In this document: positions 29,440-38,989 of the stretch, piece after piece
Position numbering within the stretch: the stretch's first letter is position 1
Layout of the letters: each line of letters starts with the position of its first letter
Source: an uncultured delta proteobacterium
Lineage (GTDB): Bacteria; Desulfobacterota; Binatia; Binatales; Binataceae
NCBI GenBank assembly: GCA_963710455.1
Contig: CAVQAG010000017.1
Coordinates: 472,149-536,148 of the forward strand
Length of the DNA stretch: 64,000 bases
Direction of reading: 5' to 3'
Translations under genes and position numbers: made by a program
Notes under the pieces: model-generated
Databases searched by the model: none
What the model was told of the DNA's origin: nothing
The model's input: only the letters and a program-made list of their open reading frames with translations

Positions 29440-30255
29440 ATGATCGTCGGAATCGATATCGGGGGATCGACCACTGACGCAGTAACGGTCGACAATGGCG
29501 ATTACAACGTCGTCACGATCGAGGCCAATGATCCGGTAGCGGCGGCGGCAGGCGCGCTCGGCAAACTGGTCGAAGAATACGGACTCAAACTCGATCAGGT
29601 GGCTTGCGTGGCGGCGACCGGAGCGGGATCGCGCGCTCTCTCTGCGACGCTGTTGGGACGGCCGGTCGTCAAGGTTAGCGAATTCACTGCGATCGGAGTC
29701 GGCGGAACCTCGCTCTGCGGCAAGGCTGACGCCCTGGTGGTGTCGCTCGGAACCGGCACCGCGATGGTTTCGGTGCACGGCGACAAGATCGAACACTTCG
29801 GCGGCACCGGCCTCGGCGGCGGCACGCTGCGCGGGCTCTCCAAGCACATGCTCGGGGTTTCCACGCTGAAAACGCTGGAGGCGCTGGCGGAACGGGGCGA
29901 CTTGAGCCGTATCGATCTGACCGTGCGCGACATCGCAGGCGGCCCACTTGGCGATCTGCAGCCCGGCGCCACCGCGGCCAACTTCGGCAAGATCAGCGCC
30001 GACGCGACCAACGAGGACAAGGCGCTCGCGATCATGAACATGATCGTCGAGGTGGTAAGCGTGTTGAGTTTCGCGACCGCGCGCGCCTGCGGCCAGCGCG
30101 AGATCGTGTTGACCGGCAAGCTGACGCGGATATTCCGTTTCATGCAGCGGCAGAAGCGGATGGACGCGATGTTCGCGCGCTTTACGATTCCAGATCACGC
30201 CGACTACGCAACCGCGATCGGGGCGGCCCGCTCCGCCGGCGGCCCCAACCGCTGA
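29440..30255 (+). CDS. Type II pantothenate kinase (Fumble/CoaW-like)
   Basis: GIDIGGSTT, SEF, SLGTGT, GTGLGGGTL.GL, GD...IDLTV.DI, ANFGK. Confidence 0.75.
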   Translation: MIVGIDIGGSTTDAVTVDNGDYNVVTIEANDPVAAAAGALGKLVEEYGLKLDQVACVAATGAGSRALSATLLGRPVVKVSEFTAIGVGGTSLCGKADALVVSLGTGTAMVSVHGDKIEHFGGTGLGGGTLRGLSKHMLGVSTLKTLEALAERGDLSRIDLTVRDIAGGPLGDLQPGATAANFGKISADATNEDKALAIMNMIVEVVSVLSFATARACGQREIVLTGKLTRIFRFMQRQKRMDAMFARFTIPDHADYATAIGAARSAGGPNR

Positions 30256-30315
30256 TCGCTCCGGCGCACGCGCTTTCACGTCGGTTTGGCCGTCCTTCCA
30301 GTAACAGGAGTATCG

Positions 30316-31578
30316 ATGGGCTCGGAACTGCTCAGCGGATTCAGGATGCTCGACCTCGCAGACGACAAGGGCGCGCTCTGCGGCAAGATCTTCGCCGACA
30401 TGGGCGCCGACGTGATCAAGGTCGAACCGCCGCAAGGATGTTCGACTCGACGCATTCCGCCGTTCGTCGACGACCTTCCGGATGCCGAGCGCGGCCTCTA
30501 TTTCATCGCCTATCAGGCCGGCAAGCGCTCGGTGACGCTCAACCTCGAATCCCCCGACGGCCGCGCGCTCCTCGAAGACCTCGTGCGCAAGTCTGATTTT
30601 CTGCTCGAATCGTTTCCGGTTGGCTACATGGAATCGATCGGGCTTGCCTACCAGCGGCTCGCCGAGCTAAATCCGCGGCTGATCCATACTTCGGTAACGC
30701 CGTTTGGCGACATCGGGCCGGGCAAGAACTACAAAGCTGCCGACATCGTCTCGTGGGCCTCGGGAGGTCCGATGTTCCTGATGGGTGACGAGGGCAGACC
30801 GCCGCTGGAGATGAGCCTGCCGCAGGCCGGACTGCACGCTGGCGCCGAGGCCGCGGTCGCCTCGCTCCTTGCGCATTACCCGCGCGAGATCGAAGGCAAG
30901 GGCCAGCGCGTCGTGATCGATATGCAGGCCTGCCTTGTGTGGACGCTGATGAACGAGCAGGCGATGCCGATTCTCCACGGCGATTACATCAGGCGTACCG
31001 GCGTCCATTACACGGCGACCGGTACACGGCGCAAACTCGTCTACTCGTGCAAGGACGGCTACATCTCGACCGTGCTCGCCGGCGGTTCCGGCGTCGGCGC
31101 GATCTCGATGAAGGGGCTGATCGAGTGGATGGCCACTGCGGGGTTCGCCGCGGACTGGATGATCGAGAAAAATTGGACGACGTGGGTGCCGGGGATTCTG
31201 ATGAAGGCGACCGAGCAGGACAACCAGGAGATCGCCGACCTGGAAGATCGCGTCCAGCGCTTTTTCAATACGATGACCAAGCGCGAAATTTACGCGGAGG
31301 CGCTCAAGCGGCGCATCCTGCTCGCGCCGGTAGCGACTGCCGCCGATATCGCGGATGACGAACAACTTAAGGCTCGCAACTACTTCGTGCGCCTCGAGCA
31401 CGACACGGTTGGTCGGACGCTTACGCTGCCCGGCGCCTTCGCCAAATTCAGCTTGACTCTGGTTGGCCCCGGGCGGCGCGCGCCGCGCCTGGGCGAGCAT
31501 AACGGTGAGGTCTGGGGCGAGCTTTTGGGAATCGACGGTGCACACATGGGCCGTCTGCGCGCTATCGGCGCGATCTGA
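30316..31578 (+). CDS. Family III CoA-transferase (CaiB/BaiF), subunit 1
   Basis: LSGFRMLDL, DMGADVIKVEPP, GKRSVTLNL, APRLGEHN. Confidence 0.9.
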   Translation: MGSELLSGFRMLDLADDKGALCGKIFADMGADVIKVEPPQGCSTRRIPPFVDDLPDAERGLYFIAYQAGKRSVTLNLESPDGRALLEDLVRKSDFLLESFPVGYMESIGLAYQRLAELNPRLIHTSVTPFGDIGPGKNYKAADIVSWASGGPMFLMGDEGRPPLEMSLPQAGLHAGAEAAVASLLAHYPREIEGKGQRVVIDMQACLVWTLMNEQAMPILHGDYIRRTGVHYTATGTRRKLVYSCKDGYISTVLAGGSGVGAISMKGLIEWMATAGFAADWMIEKNWTTWVPGILMKATEQDNQEIADLEDRVQRFFNTMTKREIYAEALKRRILLAPVATAADIADDEQLKARNYFVRLEHDTVGRTLTLPGAFAKFSLTLVGPGRRAPRLGEHNGEVWGELLGIDGAHMGRLRAIGAI

Positions 31579-31611
31579 GCGGCGGCGAATTCGATTTGTG
31601 GAGCAGCTACG

Positions 31612-32829
31612 ATGAGACGTTACGCGCTTGAGGGAGTGCACGTACTTGATTTTTCGTGGGTCGGAGTCGGTCCGATTACGACCAAGTACCTTGCCGACAA
31701 TGGCGCCGATGTTATCCGGGTCGAATCGCTGGCGCGGCCCGACATCCTGCGCCTCGCGCCGCCATGGAAGGACGCCAAACCCGGTATCGACACGAGCCAG
31801 TTTTTCGCTAGCTTCAATACCTCGAAACGGAGCATCACGCTCGATCTCGGCAAGCCCAGGGCGCGCGAGCTGGTGCTGAAACTGCTGCCGTGGGCCGATA
31901 TCGCGGCCGAAAGCTTCACGCCCAAGGCGCTGCGCAAGTGGGACCTCGACTATGAGAACCTCCGTGCGCTCAAGCCCGACCTCATCATGCTTTCCACCTG
32001 CATGCAGGGTCAGACCGGCCCCAACGCACTCTACCCGGGGTTCGGACAGCTGATGGCGGCGCTTAGCGGCTACTATCACATCGCCGGCTATTCGCTCGAC
32101 GAGCCGTGCCCGCCTTACGGAGCGTATACAGATTTTATCGCGCCGCGCTTTGCGGCCTGCGCGCTGCTAGCCGCGCTCGACTATCGCCGGCGCACCGGGC
32201 GAGGGCAGTATATCGACATGTCACAGTATGAGGCCGCGCTGCACAATCTTGCGCCCGCGCTGGTCGACTACTTCTCGAGCGGTCGCGTGGCGGGCCCAAC
32301 TGGGAACCGCTCAGAGCGCTACGCTCCGCATGGCGCCTATCGATGCGCCGACGTCGATGGCCACGAGCGATGGCTCGCGCTGGCGGTCGCCAACGACGAT
32401 GAGTGGCGTGGAATGCTAGCGGTGCTGGGCAACCCGCCCATGGATTCGCGCTTCGCCACGATGGCCGCGCGGCTGGAGAATCGCGCTGCGCTCGACGAGT
32501 TCGTCGGCGCACTGGTGCGTGAGCGAGATGCCGACGCGCTGACCGTCGCGTTGCAGGCCGCTCGCGTGTCGGCGTACCCTGTCCAGAACTGCGTCGATAT
32601 CCATCGCGACGACAATCTCGAGGCCTTCGGCTTTTGGCACTGGCTCGATCACAAAGTGATGGGTCCGTCACCATACGAGGGACTGGCGTATCGGATGAGC
32701 CGCACGCCCGGCGACTTGCGCACGCCGGCGCCGGCACTCGGGCAACACAACGAGGAAGTGTTCGGCAAAATGCTGGGGCTCAACGCGGCGGAGATCGAGC
32801 GTCTCATAGAGGAGCGGGTGATCTTTTGA
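31612..32829 (+). CDS. Family III CoA-transferase (CaiB/BaiF), subunit 2
   Basis: LEGVHVLDF, GADVIRVES, KRSITLDL, GAYTDF, APALGQHN. Confidence 0.9.
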   Translation: MRRYALEGVHVLDFSWVGVGPITTKYLADNGADVIRVESLARPDILRLAPPWKDAKPGIDTSQFFASFNTSKRSITLDLGKPRARELVLKLLPWADIAAESFTPKALRKWDLDYENLRALKPDLIMLSTCMQGQTGPNALYPGFGQLMAALSGYYHIAGYSLDEPCPPYGAYTDFIAPRFAACALLAALDYRRRTGRGQYIDMSQYEAALHNLAPALVDYFSSGRVAGPTGNRSERYAPHGAYRCADVDGHERWLALAVANDDEWRGMLAVLGNPPMDSRFATMAARLENRAALDEFVGALVRERDADALTVALQAARVSAYPVQNCVDIHRDDNLEAFGFWHWLDHKVMGPSPYEGLAYRMSRTPGDLRTPAPALGQHNEEVFGKMLGLNAAEIERLIEERVIF

Positions 32830-32886
32830 GGGTCTGCGACGGTCAAGCTCGCGGATGCGCCGAGACGCCTCAGGACGGAGCCTGAT

Positions 32887-34149
32887 TTGCGTTTCGAGTT
32901 GATGATCGCGTTGCGCTATCTGCGCGCGCGGCGGAGGGACGCCTTCATCTCGGTCACCACGCTGTTCACCGCGGTGGGCGTGACGATCGGCGTGGCCGCG
33001 CTGGTCGTAATGCTGGCCGTGATGAGCGGGTTCGAGACCAATCTGCGCGAGCGGATGCTCAGTCTCAGTCCGCAGGTGCAGGTGCAAAGCTTTGGCGGGG
33101 CGATCTCCGACTACGCGACAGTCCAGGAGCGCATCGACCATGCTGCCGGTGTGACCGGCTCCGACCCTTATATAATCGGGCAGGGGTTGATCAGTGCGGC
33201 GCATGGAGTTGCCGGTGTAGTCGTGCGCGGAGTGGAACCGCGCAACCCGGTCGTCATCGCGCGACTTCAACGCTATGTCGATGCGGCTTCATTGCGGATG
33301 CTCGAGAGCGGTGCTCCGGTGAACGCCGGCGGCGCCCGCAGTGGCGGTTCCACGCATCCGGTTCCGGGCCTGCTGCTCGGCGGATCACTGGCCGACAAGT
33401 TGAAAGTCAAGGCTGGCGACCCGGTACGAATAGTGGCGCCGATAATTGCGGGTTCCAATTCACAGCTCAGCACGCGAAGCGGCGATTTCCGGGTCGCGGG
33501 GATTTTCAATTCCGGCGTGCAGTTCATCGATAGCGAAGTGATCTTCATGGGTCTCTCTACGGCGCAGAACTTTTTTGGGCGGCCGGGCAAGGCCGACGGA
33601 ATCGAAGTGAAGCTCCATGACCTCGACCAGACCACCGCGGTCACCGATGCCTTGCGCAGCATGCTCGGCCATAAGTTTCGCGTAACCAACTGGATGGAGT
33701 ACGACCAGGCGGCATCGGCGGGGTTTGCGATGCTCAAGCGGGTCTATGCGATAGTGCTGCTGCTGCTGATCGGAGTCGCCGCGTTCAACCTTATCGCGAC
33801 GTTAATCATGGTGGTGATGGAAAAACGCAAGGACATCGCGGTGCTGCTGGCGATGGGCGCGACGCCGGCCGAGGTGCGATGGATTTTTCGGCTCAAGGGC
33901 ATCATTGTCGGCGCGGCCGGGACTGCGCTGGGGCTGGTTATCGGAGCGCTCACTTGCTATGCGCTCGCGCGCTACCAGTTCATCCACATCCCGAGCAAAA
34001 TCTATGGCATCTCCACCTTGCCGATCGACGCGCAACCGGTGAGTTTCGTGCTGGTGGCGGTCGCCTCGATGGTGTTGTGCTACCTGGCGACGATTTACCC
34101 GTCCGGGCAGGCCTCACGCGAGACGCCAGTCGAAGTTTTCCGTTCATAA
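32887..34149 (+). CDS. Lipoprotein-releasing ABC transporter permease (LolC/E family)
   Basis: IALRYLRARR, G...GVAALV..LAVMSGF, FN...TL...V.EK..DIA.L..MGA. Confidence 0.88.
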   Translation: MRFELMIALRYLRARRRDAFISVTTLFTAVGVTIGVAALVVMLAVMSGFETNLRERMLSLSPQVQVQSFGGAISDYATVQERIDHAAGVTGSDPYIIGQGLISAAHGVAGVVVRGVEPRNPVVIARLQRYVDAASLRMLESGAPVNAGGARSGGSTHPVPGLLLGGSLADKLKVKAGDPVRIVAPIIAGSNSQLSTRSGDFRVAGIFNSGVQFIDSEVIFMGLSTAQNFFGRPGKADGIEVKLHDLDQTTAVTDALRSMLGHKFRVTNWMEYDQAASAGFAMLKRVYAIVLLLLIGVAAFNLIATLIMVVMEKRKDIAVLLAMGATPAEVRWIFRLKGIIVGAAGTALGLVIGALTCYALARYQFIHIPSKIYGISTLPIDAQPVSFVLVAVASMVLCYLATIYPSGQASRETPVEVFRS

Positions 34150-34305
34150 CGAGTGCTTGGCGCGGCGTGCGCAACGGGTCGGCGAGCCTGGCATTTCGGG
34201 CCCGGCAAGCGCAAAACCACCGGCGCAAAGGCACAAGCGAAAATCTGCTTCGCCCGCCGTCCGCGCGAAGTCATAGCGCGGCTATGGCAAATTGAGGCGG
34301 AGACT

Positions 34306-34599
34306 TTATTGGTCGGAGCGGTCGGTACCGTTGGAAGGCTTGGCCACCAACTTGGGCTTACGAATCACGAGCGTTTCGTGACCGCGAACCCTGATCGTGC
34401 GGGCGGACTCGGACTGTGATGATCCATTGGAGCCAGCACCGTCGGATTCTTTTTGCCGGGGCCGTGCCGTGGTTCGCCGCCGCCGCCAGTTGCTAAGCTC
34501 CTGGGAAAGCTTGTTAGCCAGCTCGTCGTTGTTCTGGTCAGCGTCCACGGGAGACTCGTGCTCTTTGTCGATATCGTCTGATGTATCCTGCGAACTCAT
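34306..34599 (-). CDS. Hypothetical low-complexity protein (97 aa)
   Basis: ATG with AAAGGAAG upstream; polar/disordered; no family recognised. Confidence 0.45.
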   Translation of the reverse strand: MSSQDTSDDIDKEHESPVDADQNNDELANKLSQELSNWRRRRTTARPRQKESDGAGSNGSSQSESARTIRVRGHETLVIRKPKLVAKPSNGTDRSDQ

Positions 34600-34893
34600 G
34601 TGAGGTCTTCCTTTGTTCCTCCCCTATCGGGGTTAATTCCCGATGAGCGAAATGCTTTGAGACAAGTCCAAGAACGAAAAATCTGAAAATGAACAAGGCT
34701 TTGGGTCCGCTGGATGATACGGTACGCTGCGCGGCCTATTCACTTGTTTCTATTTTCCATTGACGCCAGAGGTGGCGGCGACTGCCGCACGCTCCAGCCT
34801 TGCGCGGTTTTCGGAATATTTGTTGGGATAATAGCGGGTTCTATCTTTTGGCTCCCCGGTCCTTCCCGGGACCGCGGATGCAATCGCCGGCCC

Positions 34894-35223
34894 CTAGCCG
34901 AACAAGCTTTGCAGCCGAAGCGCCAGTCCCATGTCCCCTGCGATCTTTAATTTTCCGGTCATAAAGGCCATCTGGCCGTTCAGCTTGCCATTGACCATGT
35001 CAAGGTAGTCCTGCGCAGCCATGGAGATGGTGATGTTGGGTGAGGGTGCCTTTCCCTGTTTGACTTCGCACTGCTCATTGGCGATTACCGCGTACCACTG
35101 GCCGCCACCGTCGCCTGAGAGGTCGAACTGATAGGTCGCGTTAAGCCCCTTGGCGGCGTCTTTCTTGAACCGCGAAGCCATGTTGTCGAAGACCTCTTTG
35201 CACGAAGACGCAGTCTCAGCCAT
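34894..35223 (-). CDS. SCP2 sterol-binding domain protein
   Basis: ATYQFDLSGDGGG.W, NGQMAFMTGKLKIAGDMGLAL.L. Confidence 0.9.
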   Translation of the reverse strand: MAETASSCKEVFDNMASRFKKDAAKGLNATYQFDLSGDGGGQWYAVIANEQCEVKQGKAPSPNITISMAAQDYLDMVNGKLNGQMAFMTGKLKIAGDMGLALRLQSLFG

Positions 35224-35311
35224 TGTAAGCGGGGCCTCCTGGAGGGGCGCGGTCGGAAAGGTACCTGCACCCAGTCTAAGCGTCAGCCGAAAAGAATGTC
35301 AATAGCGTCTT

Positions 35312-36835
35312 TTAGAAGCCGAATACTTTACCTTCTGCGACGCGGATCAGGTTGGTACGCACTGTAACCGGTGCGGCTCCTTCGGCTATGGTCACCGCGC
35401 GTTCGCGATCGAGTTTGTTAGCGACCTCGCCATCAAGGTACGCGTCTCGCCCGATGACCCTTACCGTGACGCCGGTCAGGCCCGCGCTGGTCAGGGCCTG
35501 AGATATCTGTCGCTGACGCGAGGCCCAAACTGACGTGTCAGTGGTGGTCTGATCGATGACGTCGGTTACTCCGGGCACGCTGCGCGCGGTCCGCACCGCC
35601 AGACGTTTGTCGTCGTCGTCGAAGACCTTCCCGTAAAGCGTGACCACACCGCCGTTGGTATAGGCGTTGACCCGGTTGAGCCTCCGATTGGAGTGCAGCG
35701 TCGACTGGACCTGCTCCAACAACGGAGGCCTCGGCGGCCGCGCCGAGGCGACCCGTTTGTGCCGTTTGGCAGTCGGGGGTGTCGGGGCAACCGGCGCCGT
35801 TGCTTCCATCGGAGGCGGAGCGACGGTCGGGACAGCGGCCGGGGCGAAGGCGTACTCGGGAGAAGAGGTAGCACCCAGGCCAGCAACCTTGGTGGCAAGT
35901 CCTGAATCAACGGCGCTCGCCTGGGCCGTGTCGCGGGCGAAAATCACTGGATAGTCCACGTTGACGTCGCCGCCATTGATCGGCGCAAAAGTCCATCCCA
36001 TCATCGTCTTGACCGCGGCCGCGTCGAGTTCCGGGTTGGGCGAGGTGGAGGTCCGCACCACCGCCTCGGTTACCGCGCCGCCGGGCGCCACGGTTAGCCG
36101 CACCATCAAGCCATCGTCAACCGGCGACCCGCTCGCCAGCACCCCGCGATAAGTGTCGAGGAGCCCGCTTTTGCCGAGTTCGAAGACCTTGCGCGCCGCA
36201 TCGACGCTACGTTCGGGTGCCGCGGCCGACTCGCCAATCGTCTGCACTTGCACGCTATGCGCCAGGTCGACCGTCGGGCCGCTTGCAACGGCGGGTGGAC
36301 TTGCGGTGGCGGCCGGCGACGCTTCCACCGTCTTTGGCGGCGGCGCAGTCGCTGGGCGCGCGCTCAGATGGATCGCAAGCCACGCGCCGGCGGCCAACGC
36401 TACGATCGCCGCCACTGAATAGCCGACTACGCTTGCCAGGGGCCGGCGCTGTTCGTCTCCGTTCTCGTCGTCAGGCGGAATCGGCGGCGTAAAATCGGTC
36501 GCGGTTAGCCTGTCCTTGGCGGGAATATAAGTCTCGGGGCGTCGGCGCGGCGCTGCTGCGGACGCACTGCCAGGTTTCGCACCGCGTGCCGGTCCAGACG
36601 CGGCAGAGGGGTCCTCGCCGCCACTGACCGGCAGCCGAGCGCCGCAGAAATTGCAAATCACCTCACCCGGCTCCGCCTTGCCGCCGCACACCGGACACTC
36701 AATTGGCGCCTCTTGAACGTCTGCCATCCTGCTGGTGACGGAGGCACCCGCGGTGGCTACCAGTGCGGTGCCGTCAGCTTCACAAAACGACTCGGCGTCG
36801 GGATAGGTTCTCCCGCATCGTGGACAGGTTTTCAT
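35312..36835 (-). CDS. Zinc-ribbon / single TM / TonB-C(AgmX-PglI)-like / 2xBON domain protein
   Basis: CPRC..C..DG and CPVC...C.FC; one TM helix; Pro-rich linkers; V.LTV..GG.V...ELDAA....GWTF.P; two BON repeats (VTLYG, PGVTDV.D; AYLDG). Confidence 0.75.
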   Translation of the reverse strand: MKTCPRCGRTYPDAESFCEADGTALVATAGASVTSRMADVQEAPIECPVCGGKAEPGEVICNFCGARLPVSGGEDPSAASGPARGAKPGSASAAAPRRRPETYIPAKDRLTATDFTPPIPPDDENGDEQRRPLASVVGYSVAAIVALAAGAWLAIHLSARPATAPPPKTVEASPAATASPPAVASGPTVDLAHSVQVQTIGESAAAPERSVDAARKVFELGKSGLLDTYRGVLASGSPVDDGLMVRLTVAPGGAVTEAVVRTSTSPNPELDAAAVKTMMGWTFAPINGGDVNVDYPVIFARDTAQASAVDSGLATKVAGLGATSSPEYAFAPAAVPTVAPPPMEATAPVAPTPPTAKRHKRVASARPPRPPLLEQVQSTLHSNRRLNRVNAYTNGGVVTLYGKVFDDDDKRLAVRTARSVPGVTDVIDQTTTDTSVWASRQRQISQALTSAGLTGVTVRVIGRDAYLDGEVANKLDRERAVTIAEGAAPVTVRTNLIRVAEGKVFGF

Positions 36836-37157
36836 CGCTTGAAGAGCAGCCTCCTGAGCCTAGCCGAAACCGGTCATCTACCAAATTGTGCGTATATGAT
36901 CGTGTTCCCCGGCGTATCGATGATATCCATAGGGTCATACGCACGCTACATGGCTCAGTTACACTTTGGCTTATGGCAACGGGTTAAAACACCACCCTTC
37001 TTGCGCACCACTGCCGCGTAATCACTTAGCTTTAGAATTGCTCAATCCCGGCGCTTGCCTGCTCAACAAACGCGCCTGGAAATTATGGCACTCGAGACTC
37101 CCTACACACGAGAGACGAACGTGGTCGGCGCGATTTTTCGGTCGGCGTGCGCTCGGC

Positions 37158-37376
37158 TTAGACCGGACCGCCTTCGAGGCGAAATCCTATCCGCAGAGTT
37201 ACCTGAAACTCCGGTTCGCCCTTGGCGTCAATTGCGCCGCGGATGTTTTGGATTTCGAACCAGTCAAGATGGCGCAGGGTTTGGCTCGCTTTCTTGACCG
37301 CGTTGCGCACGGCCTGGTGGATGCTCTGGTCGGAGACGCCGACCACGTCGACTATCTTGTAGGTTTTATCGGGCAT
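37158..37376 (-). CDS. Dodecin family flavin-binding protein
   Basis: KTYKIVDVVG.S..SI..A..NAV..AS.TLR.LDWFE...FQVTL.IGF; AGGAG RBS. Confidence 0.92.
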   Translation of the reverse strand: MPDKTYKIVDVVGVSDQSIHQAVRNAVKKASQTLRHLDWFEIQNIRGAIDAKGEPEFQVTLRIGFRLEGGPV

Positions 37377-37465
37377 GGTATTTCTCCTGGCGTTAGCACG
37401 CCTCGCTTGCGGCCAGCTCCTATGCAAGACCCGTAACTTCCGCCACCGTGTTGCGGACTCGCCAT

Positions 37466-38923
37466 TTACGGTCGTAGAGGGGCAAACGATACCGCGAACG
37501 CCGTCGCATCGTCCACTGCTCGCACGTCGAGTAGGAAGGCGTCATCCGCGATACGTCCGATGACCGGCGGGCGCGCCGCGCGGAACATCGCAGCAATGCC
37601 CTCAGGGGAAAGCTCAGGGTGAGTGACGCGAACCGCACGGGAGGGAATTTCTTCGGTCGGCTGCGCACCCGATCCGATTTGCGACAATGAGGGCACCACC
37701 TCGAGGCGGAAGTTTAGGTCCAGGCGTTCGGCGAGGATTTCACGGGCACGCTCTGCAACCAGCTCGAGCTCGCCCGCGGTGCGGCTTAAGTAGCGTAACG
37801 TAGGCAGTGTCGCGGCTAGATCGCCAGCGCGAAGATAAAGCCGCAGGGTGGCTTCCAGAGCCGACAAGGTCAGTTTATCGCAGCGGAGTGCCCGCCGAAG
37901 CGCATTCGCGCGCATTTTATTCACCAGTTCCCGTCGCCCCACCGCAACTCCCGCCTGCGGTCCGCCAAGCAACTTGTCGCCGGAGAACGTCACCAGCGCC
38001 GCACCGGCTGAAATCCGTTCGGCGACCATCGGCTCGCGCGGCAAGCCGAGTCGTCCAAGATCGATCAACGCCCCCGAGCCGAGATCCTCGGCCACGTCGA
38101 TTCCGTGACGCCGTCCGATTTCGACCAGCTCAGGCAGAGCGACCTCGGCGGTGAAGCCGACCACCCGATAGTTGGAGGGGTGGACCTTGAGCAGGAGCGC
38201 GGTGTCGGGGCCGATCGCGCGTTCATAGTCGGCGGGATGCGTGCGATTGGTGGTACCGACTTCGCGCAGGCGCGCTCCGCTGTGCTCCATCAGATCGGGC
38301 AGCCTGAAGGAGCCGCCGATTTCGATCAGCTCGCCGCGCGAAACCACCACTTCGCGCCCGGCGGCCAGCGAATTGAGCGCGAGCAGCACCGCGGCGGCGT
38401 TGTTGTTGACCACGGTCGCGGCTTGGGCGCCCGTGAGCGCGCATAGCTCCTCTTCGACCAGAGCGTCGCGCTCGCCGCGGCCGCCGCTTTCGAGGTCATA
38501 CTCGAGATTGACCGCAGTGCGCGCCGCCGTCGCCATCGCGTCGATCGCCGGCTCAGCCAAAAGCGCGCGGCCGAGATTGGTGTGGAGCACGACGCCGGTC
38601 GCGTTGACCACGGGATGCAGCGAGGGCTCGTCGGCTTCTATAGTGGTCCGCGTGCGCCGGATTACTTCCTCGAGCATCGCCTGGCGAGAGGATGCGCCAG
38701 AGGCTGGTCCCTGCTTCGACACGAGCGCAAGGCGCAGTTCCGCCTGGGCCCGGCGCACCATCAATTTCACATACTCGCGTCCGAGTCCCTCGATGCCATC
38801 GAGGCCCTCGCACGCGCGCAGGCATTCGTCCACCGGCGGCATTGCGCGCAGCGACTCGGCGCGCGCGTCGCGCCCGGCCCGCGTGGCAGCTGCACGGCCT
38901 TTCTTCGCCTGATCGGAACTCAT
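37466..38923 (-). CDS. selA: L-seryl-tRNA(Sec) selenium transferase
   Basis: NATGVVLHTNLGRA, VNNNAAAV, SRGELIEIGGSFR, EVGTTNRT, FSGDKLLGGPQAG. Confidence 0.96.
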   Translation of the reverse strand: MSSDQAKKGRAAATRAGRDARAESLRAMPPVDECLRACEGLDGIEGLGREYVKLMVRRAQAELRLALVSKQGPASGASSRQAMLEEVIRRTRTTIEADEPSLHPVVNATGVVLHTNLGRALLAEPAIDAMATAARTAVNLEYDLESGGRGERDALVEEELCALTGAQAATVVNNNAAAVLLALNSLAAGREVVVSRGELIEIGGSFRLPDLMEHSGARLREVGTTNRTHPADYERAIGPDTALLLKVHPSNYRVVGFTAEVALPELVEIGRRHGIDVAEDLGSGALIDLGRLGLPREPMVAERISAGAALVTFSGDKLLGGPQAGVAVGRRELVNKMRANALRRALRCDKLTLSALEATLRLYLRAGDLAATLPTLRYLSRTAGELELVAERAREILAERLDLNFRLEVVPSLSQIGSGAQPTEEIPSRAVRVTHPELSPEGIAAMFRAARPPVIGRIADDAFLLDVRAVDDATAFAVSFAPLRP

Positions 38924-38989
38924 CCGGGGCTCGACCTGTTCAAATCGAACGTTCCATTATCCGCGTGGCGCATCGCCTTGGCCAAGCCT

